NCBI GenBank assembly: GCA_038087875.1
Contig: JAXLNO010000600.1
Coordinates: 248,001-312,000, forward strand
From: Malacoraja senta
Taxonomy: Eukaryota
DNA: 64,000 nt
Reading direction: 5' to 3'
Both the position numbers and the translations under genes were made by a program. Shown here in pieces: positions 62,501-64,000 of the stretch; positions within the stretch are counted from its first letter, which is position 1; each line of letters opens with the position of its first letter. The notes below the pieces were generated by a model. That model ran no database searches. It was not told where the DNA came from and saw only the letters and a program-made list of their open reading frames with translations.

Positions 62501-64000
62501 AAAAAAGGACAAGAATGAAATTCGTGTGTGTATCAACCCTAAAGACTTGAACCTTGCCATCAGGCGCCCCCACTACCCCATGAGGACAGTTGAGGATGTT
62601 GCAGCCCAGGTCGGACAGGCCACCGTCTTCTCTGTTCTCAACGCAAAAAGCTTGTTTTGGCAGATACCACTGGACAAGGGGTCTTCGGATCTTACCACGT
62701 TCTCTACACCGTTCGGCAGATTCAAGTTCCTGCGAATGCCATTCGGCATCAACTCTGCCAGCGAGGTGTTCCAGAGGACCATGGAACAGCTGTTCGCTGG
62801 CCTGCCGTGCGCCATCATCGTTGATGACATCCTGGTCTACGGGAGAGACGTGGTGGAGCACGACCAAAACCTACGGCGTGTCCTGGAGCGGGCACGACAG
62901 ATAAACCTCAAACTCAACCCCAAGAAGTGCAGATTCCGGGTATCCGAGGTCACTTACGTTGGCCATGTCTTCACTCCTGCCGGACTCAAGCCTGATCCTT
63001 TGAAAGCTGCCGCTATCACTGAGATGCTTGCCCCCACCGACGTGCTCAGTCTACAGCGCTTCCTGGGCATGGTGAACTATCTTGGGAAATGTATTCCCAA
63101 CCTTAGCGAACTGAGCTCGTCCTTGCGACAACTGACTAGAAAAGACACCGCCTGGTCCTGGTTCCCGCAGCACCAGCAGGCTTTTGATACTTTAAAGTCT
63201 AAGCTGGTCAGCATTCCTACTCTGACGTTTTTCGACCTGAAGCGCCCCATCACCGTCACCTGTGACGCCTCGCGATTCGGGCTTGGCGCAGCCTGCCTAC
63301 AGTCCTCTGCAGGTGGCTCCCTGCTCCCTGTCTCCTATGTTTCCCGTACCATGACCGACACCGAACAACGCTATGCACAGATCGAAAAGGAGCTGCTCGC
63401 CGTCGTTTTCGCCTGCTCTAAGTTCAAGGACTTTCTTTTCGGGAATTCTTTCACGGTTGAGACTGACCACCAGCCATTGGTGACCATCCTGAGTAAGCCG
63501 ATCCATGTCGCACCTGCCAGGCTGCAACGTATGATGATGCAGCTCCAGCGTTTCGACTTCACCATTGTCTACAAAAAGGGTACTGATATGCACGTTGCCG
63601 ACACCCTCTCTCGCGCCCCTCACGCCACCTGTGATCAACACCCCTACGAACGGGAAGACCTTCTGGTGCTCGGCGTTGACTTTGTCCCCACTAAGCAGCT
63701 TCAGTGCCTATCCGAGCATACTGCCGCCGACCCCGCTTTGCAGCTACTTTCTTCAGTGAAAAAAAGGGGTTGGCCGAGCAAGCGCGCCAGTGCGCCCGCA
63801 GAGACACAGCCTTTTTTCCTAGTTTGCGACGAACTGGTCATCCAAGACGGCGTTATTGTTAAGGGCCACAAGGTCGTGGTCCCCTCCTCCCTGTATGACA
63901 AGTACTATAGCGTGGCCCACATCGGGCACCCGGCCGTTGATGCCACGATCGCCCACGCACAGTTGCAATTCTACTGGCCTGGAATGGCTAAGTACATTCA
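59530..64000 (+). repeat. Near-identical copy of 29399-33868 (CR1 flank, Gypsy 5' LTR at 60698-60897, gag-pol from 60978)
   Basis: Same ORF translations at an offset of about 30132. I saw only a 1-bp C-run indel near 59840 and one substitution (61818 g versus 31686 c). Confidence 0.97.

Noticed and set aside
60698..64000. Second independent Gypsy insertion
   Set aside because: About 1.1 kb of upstream flank is also duplicated, so it is the same insertion copied.

Overview
Eukaryotic vertebrate DNA, most likely a cartilaginous fish (skate/ray inferred from the HER1-like CR1 LINEs and HE1-like V-SINEs; not proven). Most of the window is transposon-derived. Two host genes point away from each other. 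On the minus strand is a highly divergent intermediate-filament gene with type III exon geometry (coding exons 24184-24515, 13913-13973, 3375-3470, 832-990, continuing off the left edge). On the plus strand are the first two coding exons of ABCB6 (42083-42598, 55535-55672). Mobile elements include a near-complete Gypsy LTR element (30566-35179), a DIRS1-type tyrosine-recombinase element cut by a 200-N gap, CR1, Rex1/Babar, RTE, Vingi-like and Penelope remnants, V-SINEs and MITEs. Everything after the gap (59530-64000) is a near-identical copy of 29399-33868 and is probably a false duplication. The most striking unannotated signals are self-cleaving-RNA motifs: about 20 Penelope-derived mini-retroelements with minimal hammerhead cores, a 164-bp SINE with a compact HDV-like fold and a Vingi-like (GAA)n tail, and a possible second HDV-like fold on an RTE-derived SINE. 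All folds were read by eye and none was tested. Repeat boundaries are approximate.
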